Assembly: GCF_006345805.1 (NCBI RefSeq) | Contig: NC_043003.1 | Location: 2,604,001-2,668,000 of the forward strand | DNA: 64,000 nt | Reading direction: 5' to 3' | DNA from: Octopus sinensis | Taxonomy: Eukaryota | Position numbers and translations under genes: made by a program | In this document: positions 52,349-64,000 of the stretch, piece after piece | Position numbering within the stretch: position 1 is the stretch's first letter | Layout: each line of letters starts with the position of its first letter | Notes under the pieces: model-generated | What the model saw: the letters and a program-made list of their open reading frames with translations, nothing else | The model's database searches: none | Told to the model about the DNA's origin: nothing

Positions 52349-53023
52349 ATTTCAGGATTTTAAATTTGAGAGCACTGAAAAAACTGAACATACCTACCTG
52401 ACTCAAGTAACATCAGACAAACTATATCCATGACCAGGACCGACGAATTCAAAACATACAAATGAGGTCCCGCATCCCCCACACACACACACATTGTCAA
52501 GCAAAATATTCTACAGAAAAAGCTGTAGTTTATTATCAAGGAGAGAATTATATTAATATGTATGTATATATAAATATATATATATATATATAACAGGAAG
52601 GTTTATGAAAATAAACAAAAGACAAAGGCAGGTGGAGTACAAACAAACAAATGTATTAGTATGGCACTCAGGAATAGAAATAGTAAAGTCTTTTATGTTT
52701 CGAGCCTACGCTCTTCGACAGAAAGATACACAGAGAAAAAAAACACAGAAAGAAGGAGAGAAAAAAAATGTGTGTAGGAGCTAACGATCTATCATGGCAT
52801 CCTGACTTTGGACAGTGGTCAGACGCTAGAGGGACAGTAGGGGAGATAACAGGGTCAAGTGACTTCCAAAACGAAGGTACCCCAACACAAAGGTGCGTGT
52901 GTATATAGGAGAGTATGTATGTGTGTGTGAAAGAGGGCTGGTGGTCTGGACGTGTGTATGTGTGGGTGGTGTGTTGTGATGTGATATGTGTATGTATGTG
53001 TATATATATGTGTATATATATAC

Positions 53024-53072
<49 letters not shown>

Positions 53073-54128
53073 TGTATATCATAATGTGGGTTGTAACATA
53101 TTTATAACAGGCTTCTTTCAGTTTCTGTCTAACAAAGCCACTGACAAGGTTTTGGTGAGCCCAAGGCTACAGTAGAAGACATTTGCCCAAAGTGTCACGC
53201 AGTGGAACTAAATCCAGAACCGTGTGTTTGGGAACTTCTCAACCACAAGACACATCATAGATTGTAATGACTAAGAATGCTCATCAGAAATGAATTGTTG
53301 CGGAGAATGTTATAAATGGAACATAAAACAAAGGCATAAGTTTTATTTAGTGACACAAGAAATTTATCAACCTGTAATTCTGAAATAAATTTACCGTTAC
53401 AAACCAGACCAACAAGAAACAAACAAACAAAAAATACAAAATTAAGTCCGTGTTAAGATATCTGAAGTCATAAATATAGAAAGAAAAAAAAAACAACTAA
53501 AAATAACCAAGCAATAAGGCGTGGCTGCATAGTAAGAAGCTTATTTCACAACCACATGGTGCCGGGTTCAGTCCTGCTGCGTGGTACCTTGAGCGAGTGT
53601 TTGCTACTATAACCTCAGGCTGACCAAAACTTTGTGAGTGGATTTCATTGATGGAAACTGATAGAAACCCATCGTGTGTGTGTGTGTGTATCATCATCAT
53701 CATTTAGCATCGATTTTCCATGCTAGCATGGATTGGACGGTTCGACCAGGGTCTGGGAAGCCAGGGCTGCACCAGGCTCCAGTCTGATCTGACAATGTTT
53801 CTACAGCTGGATGCCCTTCCTAACGCCAACCACTCCGCGAGTGTAGTGGGTGCTTTTTACGTGCCACCAGCACAGGTGCCAGGGAAGGCCGGTAACGGCC
53901 ACAATCGGTTGATGCTTTTTATGTGCCACCAGCACAGGTGCCAGGGGAGGCTGGCAAATGGCCACAATCGGTTGGTGCTTTTTATGTGCCACGTGCTTGT
54001 GTGTACATCTTTTTGTTTGTCCTCCACCATCATTTGACAACTGTTGTTGGTGCGTTTATATTGCTGTAACTTAGTGGTTTGTCAAAAGAGACTGATAGAA
54101 TAAGCACCTGGCTTAAAAAAATAAGTAC

Positions 54129-54200
54129 TGGGGCCTGATACATCTGACCAAAGTTTCTTCAAAGCTTTGAAGAAACTTTGGTCAGATGTATCAGGCCCCA
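54129..54200. repeat. 72-bp perfect palindrome with no spacer
   Basis: TGGGGCCTGATACATCTGACCAAAGTTTCTTCAAAG|CTTTGAAGAAACTTTGGTCAGATGTATCAGGCCCCA. Confidence 0.97.
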
Positions 54201-54654
54201 CTACTTAAATATATACACACACACGACAGGCTTCTTTCAGTTTCCAATTAACAAATCCGCTCACAAAATGCTTTGGTCAACCTGGGGCTAAAGTAGAAGA
54301 TACTTGCCCAAGGTGCCATGCAGTGGGACTGAACCCAGGACCACATGTTTGGGAAGCTAGAATCTTAAGCAGATCTGTGCCTTCTCTTGTGTAATTTATT
54401 CAAAAAATTATTCTAGTTCTTGACACTAATTAGTTGCACTTAACTGTAATGACTATTTACGAGATTGTTCTCCTGCTTTGTGGAGGTCATCTAAAAATCA
54501 GAGTCCAAATATGTCCACATGTGACTTCCATACTTACAAACCAATTCAAAATAACATCAATGTTGTTCTCTTCCTACCACCCACCATGGTCGTTAGCAAC
54601 TGACCTTTTCTATGCTGCCTGCATTAAATATGTTAATACTATCGAAGGAGAGGG

Positions 54655-54775
54655 GCTTTCTCCATCCGGGTTGCGGATCCGTGGAATAAGCTGCTGGACG
54701 AGATGGTGAAGATGCCGACGACCGCTCGGTTCAAAGTCTCCCTTGACCACAAGTGGCCTGAACTCTTTACATGAA
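54655..54775 (+). mobile_element. CR1-like LINE ORF2 3' terminus
   Basis: SIRVADPWNKLLDEMVKMPTTARFKVSLDHKWPELFT*. Confidence 0.75.
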
Positions 54776-55124
54776 CACTACCCTGTACATAACTCCATGT
54801 CCCCCTACATCATGGCTTTGCTTTTTGCTTTTTGAGCCAAAAATTTAACTAACTAACTGAACTATTGTTTTTTCATGCAGATGGCAACCCTCAAACAAAG
54901 ACAGTCAGATCCATATGCAAAAATATATTTACTCTTTTACTTGTTTCAGTCATTTGACTGCAGCCATGCTGGAGCACCGCCTTTAGTCGAGCAAATCGAC
55001 CCCGGGACTTATTCTTTGTAAGCCCAGTACTTATTCTATCGGTCTCTTTTTGCCGAACCGCTAAGTGACGGGGACGTAAACACACCAGCATCAGTTGTCA
55101 AGCACAAACATATACACACACACT

Positions 55125-55158
<34 letters not shown>

Positions 55159-56250
55159 TACGACAGGCTTCTTTCAGTTTCCGTCTACCAAATCCACTCA
55201 CAAGGCATTGGTCGGCCCAGGGCTATAGCAGAAGACACTTTCCCAAGATGCCACGCAGTGGGACTGAACCCGGAACCATGTGGTTGGTTAGCAAGCTACT
55301 TACCACACAGCCACTCCTGCGCCTTTGTTGACATAAATTGTGAAACACCATGTACAAACATCATCATCATTTCAAATACAAACAAGGTGGCTTAACATCA
55401 TCCTCATTTGGTGTCTGCTTTCCATGCTGGCATGGGTTGGATTGGTCAACAGGACCCAAAGAGCTGCAGGGCTGTGTCAAGCTCCATCGTCTGTTTTCAC
55501 ATGGTATCTACAGTTGGATGCCCTTCCTAATGCCAACCACTTTACAACATTTGCTGGGTACATTTTTCATGGCACCAACACTATTGAGGTCAACAAGAAA
55601 CTCACAAGACAACACAAAAGGACACTAGACTGAGTGGAGGGGGGGGGGGGTGAGGGAGAGGTGGCTTTATGGCAAGTATTATGGGGGAGGGGACACACAG
55701 GAGTCTTATTATAAAGGAGAAACATGGCTGCCTCACATTATATAAGGGTAGGTTCTGCAAGGCGGCGAGCTGGCAGAATCGTTAGCACGTTGGGCGAAAT
55801 GCGTAGCCGTATTTCGTCTGCCGTTACGTTCTGAGTTCAAATTCCGCCGAGGTCGACTTTGCCTTTCATCCTTTAGAGGTCGATAAAATTAAGTACCAGT
55901 TACGCAGTGAGGTCGATGTAATCGACTTAATCCGTTTGTCTGTCCTTGTTTGTCCCCTCTGTGTTTAGCCCCTTGTGGGTAATAAAGAAATATATATAAG
56001 GGTAGGTGGGAGTAGCTGGAAAGAAGGTAGAGATGTTGTTGATGAGATGCTGGAACATGTCAAGACACAAGAAAGAAGACGGAGAGAGAGGAATGGGAGG
56101 GGTGGGTGGATAAGCCATAAGGGAGAGAGAAGAAAGCAACTGATGGCTGGTTGCTGATGGTGGTAGAATGATGAAGATGGATGGAGAAGGATGATTGATG
56201 GTGAGAGGGAAGGTGAAAGAAATGGGACGGGTCTCAGGAAGGAGGAGGTA

Positions 56251-57471
56251 CAGGGTGTCAGTAAGGTATTTGAGGACATACCCTTTTTTGGGGTCATTGC
56301 TGCATTTTTTGCTAACTCTGTATAATATTTGTTTCAGAAAATAATAATGGCAGACCCTCAGCTTACTCAAGAAACGAAGAGGTATGCTGTTATTGTGGTT
56401 ATAAAGGCTGAGCATAGCGATTTGGAAATATCTCGGTTTTTAAAAGTTGCCAGATCTTTCGTTTACAAAGTTTGTAAGATGTTAGAGACTAAAGATGGAA
56501 ACATATCACCAGTATCAAAGCATTCTAAACACTCATCAGAACACCTCAATTTATCCCAGCAAGTTCAACAGACCATTGATTACAATCCCAGAAAGTCCAT
56601 GAGGTCAATTGCAAAAGATCTCCATGTGTCAGAAGGAACAGTCAGAAATCTTGTCTACGAAGACATCAGATAAAGTCTTATATGATGAGGAAAGGTCAAT
56701 TTATGTAAGAAAAAGCAAAAGAAAATCGCTACATCAGATCTAAAAGGATCTTAAACAAACTGAAAAATCCAGCAAAAGAAGATTTGATTTGGTTTTTCTC
56801 AAGCAAGAAAAACTTCGACCAAGATCAAAAAGTTAACAGAAGAAATGACACATGGTTATATGCAGACTCTTCTGAAGTTCCAAGTGTTATGCATACAAAA
56901 TATCCTGCAACTGCCATGGTTTTAGGGTTTGTCAGCAATGAAGGACATGTGATGCCCCCTTACTTCTTTCCACAAGGCCTTACAGTTAACTCTGCCGCCT
57001 ACTTTGAGATCCTGGAAACAATTGTTAAACCTTGAATAGACAGTGTATGCAGTGGAAGGCCATATGTGTTTCAGTAAGACTCTGCACTATCACACATGGC
57101 TCTAGTAACACAGGAATGGATGGCTGAAAATTTTCATGATCACATAACCCCAAACATTTGGCCTCCTGATTCCCCAGACCTCAAACCATTCGACTATAAT
57201 TACATGCGGAGTGTTGTTCAGAGAAAGGTCAATGAACACGCCCATAAAACCAAAGATTCTATGAAAGCTGCCATAGTCAGAATAATGTCCAAAATGAACC
57301 AGGACCACTTGATCTGAGCTGAAGCTGAAAGTGGCTTTACCGAATAACATTCTAGAAAAGAAGGTTCATTTTTATCCTCATAATATTTTTTTATAAATAG
57401 AGTTATTATCTGTTATTATGTATCTGTTTTTTTATAAACACAAATCTGTCCTCAATATCTTGTGCACCCTG
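56251..57471 (+). mobile_element. Full-length but inactivated maT-type (DD37D) Tc1/mariner transposon
   Basis: TA-flanked TIRs CAGGGTG..AAG(G/A)TATT(T)GAGGACA. HTH N-terminus (MADPQLTQE..KSMRSIAKDLHVSEGTVR). Catalytic region FFSSKKNF / FQ*DSA / SPDLKPFD with 37 residues between the 2nd and 3rd Asp. Multiple stops and frameshifts. Confidence 0.92.
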
Positions 57472-58175
57472 TAATAAGCAGCAGTATTAGAAGGAAAGCA
57501 GTAGTATAATAAAACTTGTAGACAGATCATAGAAAAAGGGAGACAGGGGGGGGGGAGTGACAGAAATGAAAGTTAGAGGTATGTAGGGGGTGGCTGTAGT
57601 AAGTGGGGGTGTCAAGGATGATAGTAGATATAAAGAAGTGCTAAAATGAGGTATGGCAATCCAAAGATGTAACTTGAGGGAGAGGGAGTGATCCCTGGAG
57701 GAAGAGAAAGGTGTGATCAGGACAGAATAGAGTGAGAGGAGGGTAGGATTTTAAAAGGAAATAGTTCCAGGGAGAAGAGAAGGGGGTAACTGGTAGCACG
57801 AAAGGGAATGAAACCTGTAAACATTCAGCTCTCAAATGATTATAAAAACTGTTACTAGAAGAGAGGTGAGAAAGATTTTAGGAAGTTGAGAGATGGAAAA
57901 AGCTTTGACAGGAGCAAATAAGGTACTGGGGCAGTACCTTATGTTTTTAGGACCTCACTTTCACTATAACAGAGAGGTCTTCTCCTGCACAGCAAATGAC
58001 CAGTCAGCTCAGGCCTTTAGCACCTCCTCTGCAGGGATCAACATCTTGAGATCAACCACATTGGTAAGACCCATGTTAATTCATTCTTTTCCAGTTTAAT
58101 CCAACAGAACACGAAGTTAAATAAACATAGATTTAAATCTAAATTTGATATCAGTAAAAATCAAACAGTCTTTAC

Positions 58176-58750
58176 CTTCTGTGCCCCGGATGGCACGGCC
58201 GAGGAGCTGTGCTTTTACGAGGACTCCCAGTTTCAGCTTTGTAATGGTCATCTTTCATTTCAATAGCAATCTGTTTTGTGGTTTTATGCTGAGAAATCTG
58301 CATATTTGTTCGATAATCAACAATAATGGACATAATCCCCATTGACGTTGGAAATCGTCCTGCTTTTAACCTTTGATGATCTGGTCCCAGTTCATGCAAC
58401 TGAGGTGTGCCATAGTATATCTTGTAACATATAATGTAATTATCAGGGCCTTGCTTTCGAGATAATGTGTAACCAGGAGTGATTCGGGAAGTGTAGATTA
58501 ACGACCGCAAGGCTAGACACATCTTTGAATAAAGGACATGTGGTACTCTGTTTTCCCGATCCTGGTTCTCTTTATTGTCACTGGACATCTTCAGACCCAT
58601 GTGCCATGTTTCCAAAACCATAGAATCCCCTTCGGTGGTTTTAAGAGAAATTTCAACACACACAGTTTGTCCCGAGAGAGGTTGATAACCAGTTGTAAAA
58701 CTTCGAGCGTGTCGATTCAATTCTGGCACATCTTTCAAAGTGGGAGAAAA
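58176..58750 (-). CDS. ATG13: ATG13 exon 2 (bulk of HORMA domain)
   Basis: Acceptor ctttcAG before 58750 and donor AG|GTAAAG after 58176 (phase 2). [20 protein letters not shown] and LRSLIYTSRITPGYTLSRKQG..YKIYYG match human [20 protein letters not shown] and [21 protein letters not shown]. Confidence 0.97.
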
Positions 58751-60483
58751 CTGAAAGAGACAAGAATGGTGAAGCATTGTTAGGCATTGCCAAAAAGTTA
58801 TAAAGTAACAGATTCTTTAAAATAGGAAACAGGAAAATAGCAACATTTCCTTCCAACTAATTCTTCATCCTCATCCATTCCTATAATCTACCCAACAGCG
58901 TATCATCTCTCTTTCATTCTTTTCTTTACAGCATCATCATTTTTATTCTGTTGCTCTCCTTTCTCACTCACTCCTACTCCCTCTGCTCCCACTCATTCTC
59001 ACCTACCATGTACCTTAAAATTCCACCCTGACCAACTCATCACCACCATTTTTTAGAGCTTTCCACTCACACCCACCCTCTCTTCCAAACTCTGAGTAGT
59101 CATGGAAGCTCCTCCTCTACAGTACAAATCCTTCTCTGCTCTGGCCCCTTTTCTCTCATACTTTATCCCACTATACTCCTCATCCCCTTGCATAAATTCA
59201 CTCCCCCTTGGGGTTCATAGCCTTGCAATTTACACAGTGACCTTATTAGTGCTGCTGCCACAAAAATAAGCACCCAGCTATAAAGTGGGTGGCATTAAAA
59301 AGAGCATTTAGGTTAGTGGTGGGTCGTAGATAAAACTAGTGGGGTTGCAGCTTCGGAAAATTCTTAGTCGTTATTTTAATATTTTAATATTTTAAAAGAA
59401 ACATGTAAAAAGAAAATTTATACATAAACTTGATTGGTTCACGTTTTAGCCACTGTCGGGGAGTGTGTTTAATTTGTTCACTGAACACCACTGCGAATTC
59501 CCCCTTGTTTTTCAAAAAAAAACCCTAAATCACAAAATAAGGGGGTAAAAATTGGCCCTATTTTTCAAATCCTAGCAGCAACACTGTTGCTGGAAGCAGG
59601 ATAATAATCGAATTCTACACTTTATCACATTCGAAAATATGAACATGTTTTTAAGCACAACACACGTGAACAACAGTGCTCTCTCTCCCTAGTGTGAAGC
59701 TTTCTATCTTGGACATGTGAGCATGCACACAACAGCCAAACACTGCATCGCTGGAACTGTGAAGCGCACAGTTCTATACAAGGATTTTTGCATTTTCTTC
59801 ATAAACTAGGGCATGGCTACTGACATTAAGTTTAAGGATTATATAATGTACACGGATAAAGAAAGAATTAAAGAAAAAAAAGGACTCATTATATTGAATG
59901 TTATCAATAATATTGAGTGGAAATAGGGGGTGCTGCAGTTCAGCAGTGCCTATACACGAGCTGTCACTGATCCAGGTATAGAAACCATGCCATTGGAGCA
60001 TGATGCAATCCTTGGGTCCATTGGATCCTGTCAAACCAGCCAATTCATGCTAGCATTGGAACAGGGACGTGAAATGACGAAGATCAAATAAAAAAACAAT
60101 TCTATGACAGATTCTCTTGAGAAAGGTGTTTAACAACATTGGTAGATTTTACAAAGATTTTTTCTCCCTTTTTTGAAGTTGTCACATGTATTTTAATACA
60201 CACTTAAGCCTTCAGTATTGAAACTGGCCATGTTGGGCTTCTCACACCAACCCTACAATGCCATTCCAATAATAAACAATCATACCATCAAAATCCCAAA
60301 GCTATGAGATAATGCATGATTAATTCAAAATAATGTGGATAAATAAACATTACGTTTGTCAGAAATTTAAATGCTAAAGGGTGAAATATCATTAACAGGG
60401 AAAGAGTCGACTTATATCCCTTCAATTTTATAGCATTGCACATCTGATAAAAATTATTGTAAAGTATTATGTGAAAGTATTAA

Positions 60484-60715
60484 CCCATTTTAACCCAGGT
60501 TTTTAATTTTATGATTTCTGTCGAAATTTCGAAGACAGTTACCTAAATAAGGATAACGAACATACGGAAGCGTCCAGTTAACTTTTATTGCAGTAAATAA
60601 ACCAAATACAATGGTTAAATGAACACAAGCACTTATTTTGCGACCAGTTAACCTTCATTGCAGTAAATAAACCAAGTACAACTGTCCTCAAACGAGGACA
60701 GTGGGTTAATATGGG
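60484..60715. mobile_element. TTAA-flanked piggyBac-like MITE (family 3)
   Basis: TTAA|CCCATTTTAACCCA ... TGGGTTAATATGGG|TTAA, with an internal 38-bp direct repeat CCAGTTAAC..TTGCAGTAAATAAACCAA. Confidence 0.75.
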
Positions 60716-63486
60716 TTAAGATGTTTCGTACATCTTCTTATATGTACGAAAAGTAGAGAGAATTCTTCAGAGTTTACATTATAGAAGATTTTTAATGGAC
60801 ACTTGATTCTTCTCTGAAGAAAGAGAATAGTGAAATGCTAGTAAAACGAACCATTCTGTTTGTCAACTTCTTCCAATGCATATAAACAAGACCATCTTAA
60901 CCCCATTAAATTGCACCGAAGAGTAGTAATTGCACCTTATCTAAAGGTAAAAAGCCTGGCACCAGAAAATGAAATAAAATGCTGCAGACGTTTCTAAGCC
61001 TGACTTTGGAGATTTATTTTATTTCTCTCTCTCCGAAGTCCGAGCACCATCAACATCTCAAAATAGTCAATAAATTCAGCCACATGTTTGACAGGATCTT
61101 GTGAGGCGTTACAACTACATTTGAAGGCAGAACTAAGCTTATAAACAGATTTTCACCAGAACAAGTCACACGATTTGTACATGGCTTTAATAATCAGTAG
61201 AGCCATACATATATAAGCACGTACGTGTGTGTGTGTGTGTGTGTGCTTCAAGACACGTTTGTATTTACTAATTTAACATAATTGTAATTAAGCTTTATTA
61301 TTAAAATACTTATAGTAATATATTTATTAAAATTATTAAAATATTATTAAAATATATACGATTGCATGCTGTTAATTTAGTTTAATTATCATCGTTATAG
61401 TACAATATAATTGTGGTGCACTTCTATGGCAATTAATATATATTAATTAATTACAACATATTGAATTCAGCTTTCCCCAATAATTTCTCGTTCCATCCAT
61501 CTCCATCTTCCTCTCTTTATCTCCCATCGCACTTTATACTCAACACTGGGCAGGTTGTCGAGACATTAAAAGAAAATGCACTCGCTTTACGTGCACACAT
61601 CGATCTTTACAGTTGCTATTATTGATTTGTAACATAAGCACAAAGCCTAGAATTCGGAGGATGGGTTAGTGTTGGATTAAATCGACACCAGTTTCTCAGA
61701 AAACTGGTAATTTATCAACCCTGGGAAGGACGAAAAGTAAAACCAGCGTCGACACGATTTGAAATCGGAACGTAAAGGCTTGCAACTAAATGCTTTTATT
61801 GAAGCTAGATATTAAGACAAACCCGACCGTGATCACACTAACTTGTATTGTTATTATTAAAGAAACTACGGTAAAAGCATGTTGGGAAAATTGCAAATAA
61901 CTTGCAACACAACTATAAGAAATAGGGTCCATTTAAATAGGCGAACGGTTTTACTAAAGGGATTGTGGACTTACAATAGAAAAACTAGATTTACATTTTG
62001 AACACTGAAGTGGAAATGAAAAAGCATCAAAAGTTTAGTCTGGAATAACATCCAGAATGGGTGGAAAGGGTTGAGAAATCTTGGTGAAGATCGAGATCCA
62101 CAAGAAAGGGGGGAGGGTCTGTGTTTTGGTCCCTCCCTGGAATAAATAACTGAAATAATTTAGAAATGATCTAATAAACAACATCAGACATAAGAAGTGA
62201 AGTGAGCAGAAAGGGTGTAGGAATAAGAATAGATGGAGAGAGAAGATTAGTTGCAAAAAGAATTAGAATTTATATCCCAGACATGATTAAAAGTATCGAT
62301 CTAGTTGAAATAAATATGACTTGAGGCGCCAATAAGAGCAACTTGTACGAGGACGTTCTCTCTGCAGGAAATAGCAGCTAAATCTCCCTTAATTCGTATA
62401 CCCTACTGTCTTGAGGGAAAAACCACATCGGATAATGCAATCGTACATACATATACACTCTGCCTTTTAAAAGATATTCGTGACAGTCACAAATTTTTTG
62501 CCTTTCCTCTGGCAAAACAACAACACAAGACAGATGCTCGTCGTTTTTGCATCGATTCAATGTATTTCAACAAAAGTCGATGCAAACTGGTGGAGTACCT
62601 TAAAAGACACAACCAGGAAATAGAGACGGACCTCCTCGATATAATGAATCTAGTTTAGCCAAACTAATCTGAAAACTAAGTTTTATTATCGTGAAATGAG
62701 ATAAGAACATGACACGTCGCCGTCTCCAGTAATTAAAAACTAGGTCAAGTGAAGAATGTCTGCCAGATGAAGGCTTGAAAAGATGTTGTTCAGCTGGGAA
62801 TTAGTGTTGTTATTTGGCTTCAAGTCAGTCGTTTTGCAGTAGTCATGGTGAAAGACAGTCCTGTCGTGACTACCAAGTCTTTTTATTTCTTTTCATTTAT
62901 TTCTTTCCAAACATACTACACCCCGATCTCCATTCAATGTACCCGTTTACTTTTTGTTTTATATAGGAGTGTCATTAAAAAGATTTATTTGTTGTTTCTA
63001 GTAAGGCAAGCGATTAGGGAGTGGCTCCCTTGTTCGCTTATATCAGTGTCGAGCAATTATGATTAAATTATTTAACAGTTAAACTATATTTAAAACAAAA
63101 AGACATTTAAAATACGATTATGGAAACTTGGCAGATGCACATTAAATGGAAAATTGTTTCATACAAAACTCTGCTAATGAATCATTGACGGGGCAGAAGA
63201 ATAAATGGAAATAATTTATCAATAAGTTTAAACATTCCGTTTTTAGAATGGAATCTTTACGAAGACAAGCTTTTTAGAAGTTGATCGCAAAACGAACAAA
63301 TGTGGACAACAATCACCAGAGAACTGTACAAGAGGCACTTGTTGTTATAAGGATTCTTTTACAAAACAAACTTGATAAACATGAAGTAGAAAGATTAAAA
63401 GGTCCACAAGGCTGGAGAGAGACATAAAACAAATGATTATATAACAAGAAACATGTGAGAAGAATTATCAAATGGTTTTTACATAC

Positions 63487-63642
63487 CCAATATTGTGAAG
63501 GTGAAGAATTTTTAGTTTGGATCCTTTCCCCCAACCGAGACTGGACAATGGCCTGCACTGCAATTATTGAAAAACTCCGCAGGAATTTCTCCAAGTCTTT
63601 AGACTCCGAACTGCTAATATTTTGGTTGTTTATTCCGTACAT
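63487..63642 (-). CDS. ATG13: ATG13 exon 1 (start of HORMA domain)
   Basis: ATG at 63642 with an upstream in-frame TAA. MYGINNQNISSSESKDLEKFLRSFSIIAVQAIVQSRLGERIQTKNSSPSQYW matches human [28 protein letters not shown]..SDW. Donor GTATGT, phase 0, W|F junction. Confidence 0.95.
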
Positions 63643-64000
63643 GTTTACCAATTTGGCATTAAATGTTTAATACTGGTCACAGTTAGTGGTTCCGTCTCAT
63701 TCAACAGAGCGAGTGTTAGGAGGAGAAAGGTTTACAAAAAGAGCCAATTTACAGACAAAATTAAACCTCATAACTTATTCTTCATTGCATAAGACAATTG
63801 GTTCCAACAGAAATAATGGAATTATTCCATCATCCTGCCTGAATACAAGTTTTATCCCCAATAAAAACTTGTCTTATCGAAAGCACCACCAATCTTATTC
63901 CAAATAACACAGGTGGAAGTAAACAAGACGTGGCAATTATGAGAGGAAGATGGAACCAAAGTCCAGGGATTCCATGATATTCTCAGCGTAATTAGTATAA

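Noticed and set aside
63643-63651. TTG start used by the ORF track for ATG13
   Set aside because: The in-frame ATG at 63642 follows three codons later and is the expected eukaryotic start.

Overview
This is eukaryotic, AT-rich, microsatellite- and SINE-dense DNA, most consistent with an octopus or other coleoid cephalopod (inferred from repeat style, not searched). Two protein-coding genes converge tail-to-tail. (1) ATG13 lies on the minus strand with a complete 5-exon CDS: 63642-63487, 58750-58176, 34009-33821, 17807-17465 and 14426-14223. All junctions are GT-AG and phase-compatible, giving 1467 nt / 488 aa with a HORMA domain, GAF..DIPF segment, acidic tract plus FVLI LIR and a C-terminal ULK1-binding-type helix. 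(2) The last coding exon (TM4) of a Cys-loop ligand-gated anion-channel subunit lies on the plus strand at 3002-3181. The rest is transposon-derived: several tRNA-derived SINE families, LINE fragments (RTE/CR1-like), two Tc1/mariner relics, piggyBac-, hAT- and pogo-like MITEs, and Helitron/Helentron-type elements. There is also a 5.6-kb 32-bp tandem array that generates the spurious ~1900-aa ORFs. The most notable signal is a set of fold-back, Penelope-like elements carrying minimal type I hammerhead-ribozyme-like folds. One sits behind a tRNA-like Pol III head (a possible ribozyme-bearing SINE, 43124-43415), and one near-intact fold is in the ATG13 sense orientation (52263-52348).
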